Positions 10,415-20,155 of a DNA stretch of 64,000 nucleotides are shown here, piece after piece. The position numbers and the translations under genes are program-made. Under the pieces are notes generated by a model. The model ran no database searches and was not told where the DNA came from. It saw only the letters and a program-made list of their open reading frames with translations. The DNA is taken from contig DAOUWZ010000001.1 in the NCBI GenBank assembly GCA_030666865.1, positions 44,753-108,752 of the forward strand, written 5' to 3'. Positions within the stretch are counted from its first letter, which is position 1. Every line of letters begins with the position of its first letter. This DNA is from a bacterium (GTDB lineage Bacteria; Patescibacteriota; Patescibacteriia; S139-126).

Positions 10415-11695
10415 ATGAATTTAATATTTTTTTATACTAGTTTATTATTTTTTTTAATTCTAGCCAGTATTAATACTAGACTCGGTATTTATATTATTTT
10501 AATTTTCCTGCCCACCTATCTGTTGCGTGTCCAAATTTGGCTTATCCCAACTACCTGGCTGGAACTGACAATATATTTACTTTTCTTTGCTGTGGTAGTC
10601 AAACTAATATGGCAAAAAAAATTAATCGTTAGTTTAAAACATTTATATCACAAATACTCTATTGTTTTATTATCTTTGGGTTTGTGGTTTCTGGCAGCGC
10701 TTGTTGCCACTTTTGTTTCGCCTGATTTAAAATTGTCAGCTGGAGTATTGAAAGGTTGGTGGCTTGACCCCATCATTCTTATCTTGATAATTTTATTAAA
10801 CATCAAAAACAGACAACAAATAGAAAAAACTATTTTAGCCTTGTTGTTAGGGTCTGCCTTAGTATCTTTATATGGATTAATTGAACATATTTTCGGCTTC
10901 GGCCTGCAAGCTGATGGGTTGTTAAACGCCATGTATAAACCCGCCAATTATGTAGCTATGCTTATTGTTCCTGTTACAATCATGTCACTTGGCCTTTTAT
11001 TTTATTATAAAAATAATTATAGATATAAATACTTAACGATTTTTCTAATAGCAATTTCTCTGGTAGCCTTATTTTATACCAAGTCATACGGCGGTTTTTT
11101 GGGATTTAGTTTAGGAGTCTTTACTCTTTTATTTTGGCAAGAGAATAAAAGAAAAAAAATAATTTCAATAATACTTTTTATCATTCTGGGATTATCTGGT
11201 GTCAGTATTTTATCAACTCAAGCCAAATTTAAAAATATTATCAATTTTACTGAAAGAAATTCATTGACTACCCGCTTGCAAATTTGGGAAATATCTACTG
11301 AAGTGCTAAAAAATAATTTAATCTTTGGAGTTGGACTTGGCAACTTTCAAAAACCCTACCGAAAGATGGCCTTTACCATGTATCAACCGCCTCTAGAATG
11401 GGATGTTGTCAAAGCGCACAATCTTTTTCTTAACACCCTGCTTGAAATGGGAATTATCGGTCTCTCTGTTCTTTTGTATTTACTAATTGTATTTTTATGG
11501 CAAACTAAAAAATTAATTAGACTGGTAAAAACTACTAATTATTGGTGGCTGGTGGCTGGAACTTTTGCGGCTATGATTAGTATTTTATCACACGGACTCC
11601 TTGATACACCTTTTTTTAAAAATGATCTAGCTATACTCTTCCTGGTTGTATTCATCCTGCCGTTTATTATATACAAGGATATAAAACAAAAATAA
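10415..11695 (+). CDS. O-antigen ligase/Wzy_C family membrane protein
   Basis: RLQIW, FGVGLGNF, AHNLFL..LLEMGIIG motifs. Confidence 0.9.
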   Translation: MNLIFFYTSLLFFLILASINTRLGIYIILIFLPTYLLRVQIWLIPTTWLELTIYLLFFAVVVKLIWQKKLIVSLKHLYHKYSIVLLSLGLWFLAALVATFVSPDLKLSAGVLKGWWLDPIILILIILLNIKNRQQIEKTILALLLGSALVSLYGLIEHIFGFGLQADGLLNAMYKPANYVAMLIVPVTIMSLGLLFYYKNNYRYKYLTIFLIAISLVALFYTKSYGGFLGFSLGVFTLLFWQENKRKKIISIILFIILGLSGVSILSTQAKFKNIINFTERNSLTTRLQIWEISTEVLKNNLIFGVGLGNFQKPYRKMAFTMYQPPLEWDVVKAHNLFLNTLLEMGIIGLSVLLYLLIVFLWQTKKLIRLVKTTNYWWLVAGTFAAMISILSHGLLDTPFFKNDLAILFLVVFILPFIIYKDIKQK

Positions 11696-11714
11696 AAATG
11701 ATACTAAAATTTCA

Positions 11715-11743
11715 TTGACAGAATGGAAAAAATATGGTACTAT
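11715..11743 (+). promoter_or_regulatory. Sigma70 promoter
   Basis: TTGACA-17 nt-TACTAT with extended TG. Confidence 0.7.
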
Positions 11744-11805
11744 TAGGATAGATAGGGTAGAAAAACAAAAAAATCAAGCAAAAATAAAAATAAAATGGTA
11801 AAAAA

Positions 11806-12522
11806 ATGGGTAAATTTGAATATTCTAAATATTTGGTAGCTAGTTTGCTAGTTGCTTTTTTTATTGTTCAAATAATACCCGTGACTGCAAATGAAGCCCT
11901 GCTAAATTATTTCGACAAAGCCTACCTTAACAATTCTAACAATAATATTCTACCGATTAGTGATAATGAAATTGGTATTATTGATTGGCTACCTGGTCAA
12001 GAATTTGAAATCCTGCTACAAAATCAAAAATCTGAAATTAAGAATGAAATTCCATTAAATAAAACTCCTGAATATATTCTTGAAAATTTGGAAAAGAAAA
12101 TCAAAATCCTGCAAAAACCAAATACCATAGAAGCTGCTAAGACAATTCAAGCCAGCGTGACTGAACACAATTTGCCTATTGCCGTTCTAAATGTTTGGAG
12201 ACCTCATACTGTTATCAAAATAAAAAATGAAACTAAAGAAACGTGGCTACAGAAAAACACCAAGCTGGTCAGTGAAAATTTTTCTGGAAATTTAAGCTTT
12301 TTTAGGGATCCAACATGGCTATCAAAAAAAATAATAACCACAATGGATGAAAAAAAAGTTTTACCAGGAAAAATCGCTACCTTTGAATTCATAATTGATG
12401 GTAGAGGCCAATCAATGGTTTATGGACATGTTTATAAACTTAAAATCAACGATAAATTAATTCACCTTGATGCCAAAGGAGCGCTTTATTGGCTGACTAG
12501 AGTTGACCCATACAGCAACTAA
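11806..12522 (+). CDS. Secreted hypothetical protein, possible C-terminal Ig-like domain
   Basis: Signal peptide; KNxTxxTW...VLPGKIATFEF pattern. Confidence 0.7.
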   Translation: MGKFEYSKYLVASLLVAFFIVQIIPVTANEALLNYFDKAYLNNSNNNILPISDNEIGIIDWLPGQEFEILLQNQKSEIKNEIPLNKTPEYILENLEKKIKILQKPNTIEAAKTIQASVTEHNLPIAVLNVWRPHTVIKIKNETKETWLQKNTKLVSENFSGNLSFFRDPTWLSKKIITTMDEKKVLPGKIATFEFIIDGRGQSMVYGHVYKLKINDKLIHLDAKGALYWLTRVDPYSN

Positions 12523-12660
12523 CCTGTCTATGCTTATTCATTTATATGGACAAACATAGCCAGATTAGGCTACACAACCAAATATCTGGCATGGGGAAAA
12601 AAGAAAACCGCCTGGACTCATAAAGGGCGGTTTTCTAATTATCTAATAAGTCTTTATCAA

Positions 12661-12698
12661 TATAAGTCCGATACCGCGTACGCGGTATCGGACTTATA
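12661..12698. repeat. Perfect 38-bp palindrome (TCCGA family)
   Basis: tataagtccgataccgcgt|acgcggtatcggacttata. Confidence 0.9.
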
Positions 12699-12827
12699 CT
12701 TAATCTCCTTCTCAAGTTAAAACCAAAATTTCCTGATAATAAATTATCCCCGTAGCAAGCTAACAAAAAATTCTTTAAATTAAAAAACTTCGCGCTAGCG
12801 AAATTTTTGTGACTAAACAGATTCTAA

Positions 12828-13517
12828 TTATCTAACATTACAATTTTTTACAAAAATTTTTAATTCTTGAGACAATTCTCGAAGCTCTTCATCCGAATAT
12901 GAAACCTCTCCCATAAGACTTGGGTCACATACTTTTGTTGGAATAAATCTTTGCAAATAATAATTTTCTGCGCCTTTGATTGTTTGTGCAATTTTTCTCA
13001 AATCGTCTTTACTAGTAAGAGATTTCACAATTGTCGTTCTGAATTCATACTCAATACTGGATTTCATTATTAAATTAATGCTTGTTTTTAGCTTATTGAT
13101 CAACACTGAACATCCCACAAACTTTGAATAATTTTCTAGTGGCGCTTTGACATCCATGGCAAGGTAATCAATCAATTTTTTATCAATCAATTTTTTCAGC
13201 ATCTCCGGTTTACTTCCATTACTGTCCAATTTTACCAAAAATCCCATTTCTTTTATCTCCCTAATCACTTTTGGTAAGTCTGGATGCAGAGTCGGCTCTC
13301 CTCCGGTAATACTTACGGCATCTAGCTTGTTTTGCCGAATTTTTAAAAAACTATAAATTTCTGCCAGCGGAATTTTTGACGCATATTTTTCAGGTATAAC
13401 CAATTCTGGATTATGACAATAAGAACAGCGAAAATTACAACCTATGGTAAAAATTATGGCGGAGGTTTTTCCCGGATAATCAATCAAAGAAAACTTTTGT
13501 AAACCACCAATAATCAT
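12828..13517 (-). CDS. nrdG: Anaerobic ribonucleotide reductase activase (radical SAM)
   Basis: CNFRCSYCHN motif, ITGGEPT, overlaps the nrdD stop. Confidence 0.93.
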   Translation of the reverse strand: MIIGGLQKFSLIDYPGKTSAIIFTIGCNFRCSYCHNPELVIPEKYASKIPLAEIYSFLKIRQNKLDAVSITGGEPTLHPDLPKVIREIKEMGFLVKLDSNGSKPEMLKKLIDKKLIDYLAMDVKAPLENYSKFVGCSVLINKLKTSINLIMKSSIEYEFRTTIVKSLTSKDDLRKIAQTIKGAENYYLQRFIPTKVCDPSLMGEVSYSDEELRELSQELKIFVKNCNVR

Positions 13518-15610
13518 ATCTCTAATTTATACGTTTTCCGTATATCAAATTCAGCTTTTTTACCATCGTTCCATTGTTTTACAGGGCGCAAATAACCGAC
13601 AATTCTTGAATAAATTTCACACGAACTCTGACACTTAGGGCAAACTGGAACATCACCAGAAATATATCCATGAATTGGGCAGACACTGAATGTTGGGGTT
13701 AAGGTAAAATAAGGCAAACGATAATCTTTACATATTTTTTTCACCAAATTTTTGACACTCGTTCCATCTTCAATTTTTTCACCAAGAAAAAAATGTAAAA
13801 CAGTGCCACCGGTATATTTTGTCTGCAAGTCGTCCTGTAATTCTAAAACTTCAAAAATATCATCAGTAAAATTAACCGGCAAATGTGATGAATTGGTATA
13901 AAACGGACTTTTAACATTTTTCCCTTTTCCATTGGCAAAAATCGCATTCCCGCATTCCTTTTGATCAAGTAATGCCAACCTATATGACGTTCCCTCAGCA
14001 GGCGTTGCTTCAAGATTATAATTATTTCCAGTATCTTCCTGAAAAATAAGGAGTATTTTACGCATATATTCAAGTACTTCTTCTGCAAATTTTTTACCTT
14101 TGACTGTCGCTATTGTCCCACCATAAAAATTTTGTATTGCCTCATTCATTCCTACAATGCCAATAGTAGAAAAATGATTTTTCCAAAAACTACCATGACG
14201 GGATTTAATATTTCTTAAATAAAACTCTGTGTATGGATATAAACCACTTTCAGTAAACCGTTCCAGCACTTTTCTTTTCGTTTCCAGACTGTCTTTAGCA
14301 ATAATTAATAATTCCTTTAGATTATCAAAAAATTCTTTCTTGTTTTTCGCATTAAATCCAAGACGAGGCAAATTGATAGTTACCACTCCAATTGAACCTG
14401 TCAACGGATTTGCGCCGAATAAACCGCCACCACGTCTTTCCAACTGTCTGTTATCAATCCTTAACCGACAACACATTGAACGAGCATCATCAGGATTCAT
14501 ATCAGAATTGATAAAATTGGAAAAATAGGGCAAGCCATATTTACCAGTTGCCTGCCATAACAATTTACTGGAATCACTATCCCAATTAAAATCTTTTGTG
14601 ATATTATATGTAGGAATTGGAAAGGTAAAAACACGACCGCTTGAATCACCTTCTGCCATTACTTCCAGAAATGCCTTGTTGAACATATCCATTTCTCTTT
14701 TAAATTCTTTGTATGTTTCTTTTTGTGGCTTGCCTCCAATAATAACTGATTGTTTTTTGTAATAGCTAGGCACAGTTAAATCTAATGTGATATTTGTAAA
14801 CGGCGTCTGGAAACCTACGCGAGTAGGAACATTGATATTGAAAATAAATTCTTGAAGCGCTTGTTTAACTTCTTTATATGATAAATTGTCATACCTTATA
14901 AACGGTGCAAGTAGTGTATCAACATTACTAAATGCCTGAGCGCCAGCCGCCTCGCCCTGCAGAGTGTAAAAAAAATTAACAACCTGTCCAAGAGCCGACC
15001 GAAAATGCTTCGGCGGTTTGCTTGATATTTTTCCTTCAACTCCAGTAAACCCTTCGACTAACAAATCAAAAAGATCCCAACCAACACAATAAACTGAAAG
15101 AAGATTCAAATCATGAATATGAAAATCTCCGTCTGTATGAGCATCTCTAATATTTTTGGGATAAATTTTGTTTAACCAGTAATTTTTGCTTATTTCGCTA
15201 GAAACATAATTATTCAAGCCCTGCAGTGAATAAGACATATTGCTATTTTCTTTAACCTGCCAGTCGGTTTTATACAGATATTGCTCAACCAAACCATTAT
15301 TGACAGAATTGGTAATATTTCTTAACTGATTATGCTGATCTCGGTATAAAATATAAACCTTGGCGGTTTTTTTGAATTTTGAACGCAATAAAACATCTTC
15401 AACAATATCTTGAATTTGTTCAACTTGAATTATTGACTCTTTAACATTCTTTTTAGCGTAAGCTATGACTTTTTGCGTCAGTTTTTGCGCCTCTTTGTTG
15501 TCAAATTCGCCAGTAACTTGACCCGCCTTAGTAATCGCCATAGCTATTTTCTTTTTATCAAAAGAAACTACTTTACCGTTTCGTTTTTTTATTTGTTTGT
15601 GCATAATCAT
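13514..15610 (-). CDS. nrdD: Class III ribonucleoside-triphosphate reductase with ATP cone
   Basis: N-terminal ATP cone, SMCCRL, EATPAEG, CxxH/CxxC, glycyl radical loop RIVGYL. Confidence 0.95.
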   Translation of the reverse strand: MIMHKQIKKRNGKVVSFDKKKIAMAITKAGQVTGEFDNKEAQKLTQKVIAYAKKNVKESIIQVEQIQDIVEDVLLRSKFKKTAKVYILYRDQHNQLRNITNSVNNGLVEQYLYKTDWQVKENSNMSYSLQGLNNYVSSEISKNYWLNKIYPKNIRDAHTDGDFHIHDLNLLSVYCVGWDLFDLLVEGFTGVEGKISSKPPKHFRSALGQVVNFFYTLQGEAAGAQAFSNVDTLLAPFIRYDNLSYKEVKQALQEFIFNINVPTRVGFQTPFTNITLDLTVPSYYKKQSVIIGGKPQKETYKEFKREMDMFNKAFLEVMAEGDSSGRVFTFPIPTYNITKDFNWDSDSSKLLWQATGKYGLPYFSNFINSDMNPDDARSMCCRLRIDNRQLERRGGGLFGANPLTGSIGVVTINLPRLGFNAKNKKEFFDNLKELLIIAKDSLETKRKVLERFTESGLYPYTEFYLRNIKSRHGSFWKNHFSTIGIVGMNEAIQNFYGGTIATVKGKKFAEEVLEYMRKILLIFQEDTGNNYNLEATPAEGTSYRLALLDQKECGNAIFANGKGKNVKSPFYTNSSHLPVNFTDDIFEVLELQDDLQTKYTGGTVLHFFLGEKIEDGTSVKNLVKKICKDYRLPYFTLTPTFSVCPIHGYISGDVPVCPKCQSSCEIYSRIVGYLRPVKQWNDGKKAEFDIRKTYKLEI

Positions 15611-15710
15611 TATTTTTTAGTGAATAAAAAATTTTTATTGGGCATCAAAAATATAATCCTAAAATATTATATTTTAATACATGTCTTGTATTAAAGTTTC
15701 TGTAAAAATA

Positions 15711-15736
15711 AAAAATCACTTGGCTCAAACCAAGTG
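15711..15736 (-). terminator. Riboswitch expression-platform terminator
   Basis: Minus strand cacttgg-tttgag-ccaagtg followed by a U-rich run. Confidence 0.75.
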
Positions 15737-15778
15737 TTTATAAGAATACGAAACAATATATCAATACTCTAAGTAGGC

Positions 15779-15882
15779 TTGACGCGAGCCAAAAATGGTC
15801 CTCCTTTATGGAGTATAATATGCGAGATCGGACTATTACCGTAGCGCGACTGTGCCGGAATTTCACCGGACTTCACCGCATA
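15779..15882 (-). ncRNA. Cobalamin riboswitch (compact, class II-like) upstream of nrdD
   Basis: Minus strand gtgaagtccggtgaaattccggcacagtcgcgctacggtaatagtccga: P4 T-loop, L5, B12-box AGTCCG; P13 hairpin ttggctcgcgtcaa. Confidence 0.85.
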
Positions 15883-15920
15883 ACCATTAATGAAATTAAA
15901 TTATGTAAATGAGTGTTTGT

Positions 15921-15929
15921 ATTATAACA
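15921..15929 (-). promoter_or_regulatory. Extended -10 promoter for the riboswitch-nrdD transcript
   Basis: TGTTATAAT on the minus strand. Confidence 0.5.
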
Positions 15930-16060
15930 TAATTTGTGAAACTCTAATTTTGGAAGATGTTAATAACTTAATAAAATTATTTAATTTTAACTAAAATGCT
16001 AAATAAAAAATAACTAAATACAAAAAACGCCTAACCCTTGTTTTATTACTATTATTTCTA

Positions 16061-16417
16061 CTAAATATCAACAAACGGCTCCTGATTAACTTTTTTGCTA
16101 ATCAAACAAGACTCCTCTACCCAATGTTTTATTTCTTCTTTATTTTCCAATACAGAAAGCGGCAATTCCCAATAAGACAACGATACTTTTTTATTTTTTC
16201 TATAATAAACAAACGGTTGAGAATGGTGTTTTTCATATTTAGCTTGATTGGTTTCGTCAACTTTAAAATAAATATTGTTATTAGAAACAATAGCAAATAT
16301 TATTCCGTCTTTATAAATACCATAACTGCTAAACATCGGCCGATAGCTTATATCATCAATTCCTAATAAAACATCGTAAACAATATATTCAAGAAAATTT
16401 GTGTCTAGTTTTGTCAT
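16061..16417 (-). CDS. TfoX/Sxy N-terminal domain protein
   Basis: RPMFSSYGIY.DG.IFA, YFKVD, PFVY, SYWELP. Confidence 0.88.
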   Translation of the reverse strand: MTKLDTNFLEYIVYDVLLGIDDISYRPMFSSYGIYKDGIIFAIVSNNNIYFKVDETNQAKYEKHHSQPFVYYRKNKKVSLSYWELPLSVLENKEEIKHWVEESCLISKKVNQEPFVDI

Positions 16418-16447
16418 TTTAATTAAGTAAACCTATTTATTATTAAA

Positions 16448-16537
16448 TGGCGGTGGGACTGGGATTCGAACCCAGGAAGAGCGTAAACCCTTACCGCATT
16501 TCGAGTGCGGCGCTTTCGACCACTCAGCCATCCCACC
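16448..16537 (-). tRNA. tRNA-Ser(CGA), intact, CCA encoded
   Basis: GGTGGGATGGCTGAGTGG...ccgca CTCGAAA tgcgg, long variable arm, GGTTCGAATCC...CCA. Confidence 0.95.
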
Positions 16538-16544
16538 ACAATAC

Positions 16545-16791
16545 TTATTTTATTTTTAGCTTTTCAATAATATCGCGATATTGCTGATTTAACAATCGTC
16601 TTCCTTTATTTGATTTCAAAAATTTTTCTCTTCTTTGGGCATCGCTCTTTAAAGCATATGCTTCGTAACCAATTAAAACAATTGGTCTATAATTTCTAGT
16701 AGATGCAACCTTACCTGACTTATGCTCATACAACCTTCTTTTTAAATCATTACAACTTCCTTTATAAATATCCTGGTTGGATAATTGGATT
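16545..16791 (-). pseudogene. GIY-YIG nuclease lacking its native N-terminus, fused to a broken tRNA
   Basis: IYKGSCNDLKRRLYEH...YEAY...AQRREKFLKS; the ORF-track start (16862) reads through tRNA sequence. Confidence 0.8.
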
Positions 16792-16905
16792 CGCCGGGTC
16801 ATCCGACCCGGCGCCCCGTCGTATGACTGGGGCGAACCCACGGTACGGTATAATCCGCACAACTGATTTCGAGTCAGTCCCGTTAAACCACTCCGGCACC
16901 CTTCC
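16787..16905 (-). pseudogene. Disrupted tRNA-Ser(CGA): 41-nt double hairpin in the T-loop, 3' acceptor strand missing
   Basis: GGAAGGGTGCCGGAGTGGTTTAACGGGACTGACTCGAAATCAGT...GTGGGTTCG[insert 16792-16832]AATCC. Confidence 0.85.
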
Positions 16906-17017
16906 TTAATATTAAATTATAAAAATTAATTTATATACTACATACTATCTCCTATATACTAATTTAGCAATTATGCCTAATTTTTGTTATAATATAAATA
17001 ATTAAATAACAAAAATA

Positions 17018-17893
17018 ATGAAACAAACAGTAACTAAAGCTATTGTCACTGTAGCTGGAACTGGAACTAGATTTATTCCGGCTACTAAAAACATCCCAAA
17101 AGAAATGCTACCAATTGTTGATAAACCAATTGTCCAGTATGATGTGGAAGAACTGGTAGCTTCTGGTATTAAAGATATAGTTTTGGTTACCAAACAAGGT
17201 GGCGGAGCTATTGAAAACCATTTTGACACAAATCCAGAATTGGAAGAACAATTAAAAAAGACTAATAAAAAAGAATATTTAAAAATAGTACAAAAAATTC
17301 CCCGCCTGGCCAATTTTATTTACATGCGCCAAAAATCATTTATGCCTTATGGGAATGCCACTCCCCTGCGCTTGGCAAAAAATATTGTGGCAGATGGTCC
17401 GTTTCTTTATCTTTTTGGTGATGACCTTACTTTATCAAAAGTGCCGGTCTGTAAACAATTAATTGATTTATATAAAAAAAATCCTGATGTCTGCGCAATT
17501 ATCGCCGCACAAAAAATTCCCCGAAAATATGCTTACCGCTATGGCATGATTAAACTAAAACCAGGTACCAAAAATGTGTATGATAGTATTGTTGAAAAAC
17601 CAAAACTAGGAAAAGAACCATCCAATTTAGCTGGTTTTGGCAGATATCTATTTACCCCAAAAATTATTCCTATAATTGAAAAACTAAAAACAGGCAAAAA
17701 TAATGAACTATGGTTAGTTGATGCAATCAACGAACTAGCTAAAATTGAAAAGGTTTTAGTTCATGAAATTGAAGGTAAATGGATTACTACTGGCGATCCT
17801 TTGAATTATCTCAAAGCTTCAGTAGAGTTTGCTCTTGCCAGAAATGATCTAAAGAAAGATTTTAAACAATATTTAAAAACAGTCGTAAAATAA
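17018..17893 (+). CDS. galU: UTP-glucose-1-phosphate uridylyltransferase
   Basis: AGTGTRFIPATKNIPKEMLPIVDKP, VEKP. Confidence 0.9.
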   Translation: MKQTVTKAIVTVAGTGTRFIPATKNIPKEMLPIVDKPIVQYDVEELVASGIKDIVLVTKQGGGAIENHFDTNPELEEQLKKTNKKEYLKIVQKIPRLANFIYMRQKSFMPYGNATPLRLAKNIVADGPFLYLFGDDLTLSKVPVCKQLIDLYKKNPDVCAIIAAQKIPRKYAYRYGMIKLKPGTKNVYDSIVEKPKLGKEPSNLAGFGRYLFTPKIIPIIEKLKTGKNNELWLVDAINELAKIEKVLVHEIEGKWITTGDPLNYLKASVEFALARNDLKKDFKQYLKTVVK

Positions 17894-17903
17894 TTTAATA
17901 AAT

Positions 17904-19307
17904 ATGAAAAAAAAGCATATTACTAAACTTTTTCTCTTATTAATCCTGATTAGTCTTCCCATTTTGGGTTTTGGCTGCAAAGGCGGTGATAAAGCCGCCC
18001 AAAAAGCTGCTCAACCAGTTACCATAAAATTCTGGGGTGTTTGGGATGAAGAAGATTATTGGAAAGAAATTTTTAGTGATTATAAACAATCACATCCAAA
18101 TGTAAAATTTGAATATCGTAAATTAAGAATTGAAGAATACGAACGCGCCTTGCTAGAAGCCTGGGCTGAAGACAGAGGACCTGATATTTTTATGCTCCAT
18201 AATACTTGGATTCGCGGTTATCAAAACAAGCTGGAACCCCTACCAACAAAAATAACCTTACCAGCCAAAGAAGTACAAGGTTCTATAAAAAAAGAAATAG
18301 TTTGGGTAATGAAAGAATTTCCAACTATCACCACCGCTCAAGTAGAAGAAAAATTTGTTGACATCGTAGCCGAAGATATTATCGTTGACAATCAAATCTA
18401 TGCCCTGCCAATGTCTATTGATACTTTAGTACTATATTATAATTCCAATATATTTAATGACGCAGGAATTGCCACTTATCCTGGCACTTGGATTGATTTC
18501 AAAAACGCAGTTAAAGCCATTACCAAGCTAAACGAAGATAATAAAATCCTAAGAAGCGCTGTAGCGATGGGAAGATCTGATAATGTTGATCGTTCAGTTG
18601 ATTTACTATCAGTTTTGATGATGCAAAACGGAGCCCAAATGATTGACGCCAGCGGTCGACCAACTTTCAATATAACTCCCCATGAAGGATCCAAGGATTA
18701 TAATCCAGGCTCTCAAGCTTTGATATTTTATACAGACTTTGCCAATCCAATTAAAGAAGTTTACACTTGGAATGAGGGTTTCTCTTCTTCTCTAGAAGCT
18801 TTTGCTCAAGGACAAACAGCTATGATGTTTGGCTATTCATACCATGAACCACTAATCAAAGCCCGGGGTCCTAAAATAAATTTCAAAATAGCCCCGCTGC
18901 CACAAATTGACCCGTTGTCAAAAAAATATAATTTTGCCAATTACTGGACTATGGGCATTTCCAAAAAAGGAGAAGTAAAAAGAAAAGACACAGCCTGGGA
19001 TTTCCTGTTGTTCGCCACTACCAAGTCAAAAGAAGTTGAAAAATATCTGAAAAAATCAAACAAAGCTCCAGCGCTTAGAGAACTAATTGAAAAAGAAATA
19101 AAAGAACCATTACCCTCGCCTTTTGCCACTCAAGTTTTAACTGCTAAAAGCTGGTATCGTGGATATAATTCTAATGCAACAGAAGAGATTATGAAACGAC
19201 TAATAAGTAATATTAATAAAGGTAATTTTTCCAATATCCAAAGTCTGCTTAACAACGCGGTTGACCAAATCAAACAAACTTATATAAAACCATCTTATGC
19301 GCAATAA
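17904..19307 (+). CDS. Extracellular solute-binding lipoprotein (sugar SBP family 1)
   Basis: Lipobox LGFGC, GPDIF, YALP..IDTLVLYYN. Confidence 0.85.
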   Translation: MKKKHITKLFLLLILISLPILGFGCKGGDKAAQKAAQPVTIKFWGVWDEEDYWKEIFSDYKQSHPNVKFEYRKLRIEEYERALLEAWAEDRGPDIFMLHNTWIRGYQNKLEPLPTKITLPAKEVQGSIKKEIVWVMKEFPTITTAQVEEKFVDIVAEDIIVDNQIYALPMSIDTLVLYYNSNIFNDAGIATYPGTWIDFKNAVKAITKLNEDNKILRSAVAMGRSDNVDRSVDLLSVLMMQNGAQMIDASGRPTFNITPHEGSKDYNPGSQALIFYTDFANPIKEVYTWNEGFSSSLEAFAQGQTAMMFGYSYHEPLIKARGPKINFKIAPLPQIDPLSKKYNFANYWTMGISKKGEVKRKDTAWDFLLFATTKSKEVEKYLKKSNKAPALRELIEKEIKEPLPSPFATQVLTAKSWYRGYNSNATEEIMKRLISNINKGNFSNIQSLLNNAVDQIKQTYIKPSYAQ

Positions 19308-19398
19308 AATTATACAAATTTATCCCCCCGACAAGGGGGGCTAAAAGAGTTTTACTAAAAAATCTTATCTTAAAACATTAAAGCAACAAGAGACAAAC

Positions 19399-19453
19399 TA
19401 CAAGAAACAAACACCTGCCTGCCGGCAGGCAGGAACTACAAATTAAAAAATTC
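19399..19453 (+). repeat. ~55-bp direct repeat copy 1, containing the CCTGCCTGCCGGCAGGCAGG palindrome (19414-19433)
   Basis: Near identical to 20156-20211. Confidence 0.85.
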
Positions 19454-19527
19454 CAAATCTTAAACCACCACCATACTATTCCGTTGTATTAGAATAATAA
19501 AACCTGAAAATAATTAAAACCTTACCA

Positions 19528-20118
19528 ATGAGTATAAAATCCATCTCTTATTCAATCCTCTTTATTACTTTATTGATATTCCCACAAATTTCTAAAGCTG
19601 GATTTATTCCCCAAGAATGTCTTGATGAAAAAGCTGAAAATTGTGGATTGGAACAATTTACCGAATTATTTGTTTTTCTTTATTATTTTTCGCTTAAATA
19701 TTTAGGCGCGCTGGCCTTGCTTTTATTTGTAGTTGGTGGAATTATGTGGCTGACTTCTGGAGGTAATCAGGAAAGAGTAGCTAAGGGGAGAAAAATTCTA
19801 GTTGGCACGACTGTGGGTATCATGATTGTGCTGGGCAGTTTTGCAATTGTAAGTAAAATGCAGGAATATATTGGAGTTAGTACAGGCAATAAAGAAACAG
19901 GATCTCCCAATTTTAGAATTCAAGAAAATCCAGATATAAATAAGGATAAAGCATGTCGAATGCAAAATGGAACATGTATGCAATGCACAAAAAAAAATAG
20001 TGACCCAAAAGAACCGATTGACTGCCTTCCTACAACTGCTGATGTTACTCATAGTTGTCAAGGAAAATTTGTTGAGGGATTATGCCCTGGTGGAAAAGAT
20101 AATATGTGTTGTATATAA
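19528..20118 (+). CDS. VirB2/TrbC-like pilin with Cys-rich C-terminal domain
   Basis: GGIMWLTSGGNQERV motif between two TM helices; terminal CPGG..CC. Confidence 0.8.
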   Translation: MSIKSISYSILFITLLIFPQISKAGFIPQECLDEKAENCGLEQFTELFVFLYYFSLKYLGALALLLFVVGGIMWLTSGGNQERVAKGRKILVGTTVGIMIVLGSFAIVSKMQEYIGVSTGNKETGSPNFRIQENPDINKDKACRMQNGTCMQCTKKNSDPKEPIDCLPTTADVTHSCQGKFVEGLCPGGKDNMCCI

Positions 20119-20155
20119 GTAGATTGTAGGTAGTGGTTTATAGAAGATAGATATT

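Noticed and set aside
12523-12640. Structured ncRNA downstream of the 238-aa gene
   Set aside because: Only weak stems plus a terminator-like hairpin; no recognisable family
15661-15694. NrdR boxes upstream of nrdD
   Set aside because: Palindromic (taatacatgtcttgtatta) but a poor match to the NrdR consensus in AT-rich DNA
16792-16832. tRNA inserts (also 40972-41038) as true introns or split tRNAs
   Set aside because: The interrupted copies lack the 3' acceptor strand, the inserts are far too short for group I introns, and intact isoacceptors lie next door
16792-16862. N-terminal 24 aa of the 105-aa ORF as genuine protein sequence
   Set aside because: It is translated tRNA and hairpin sequence
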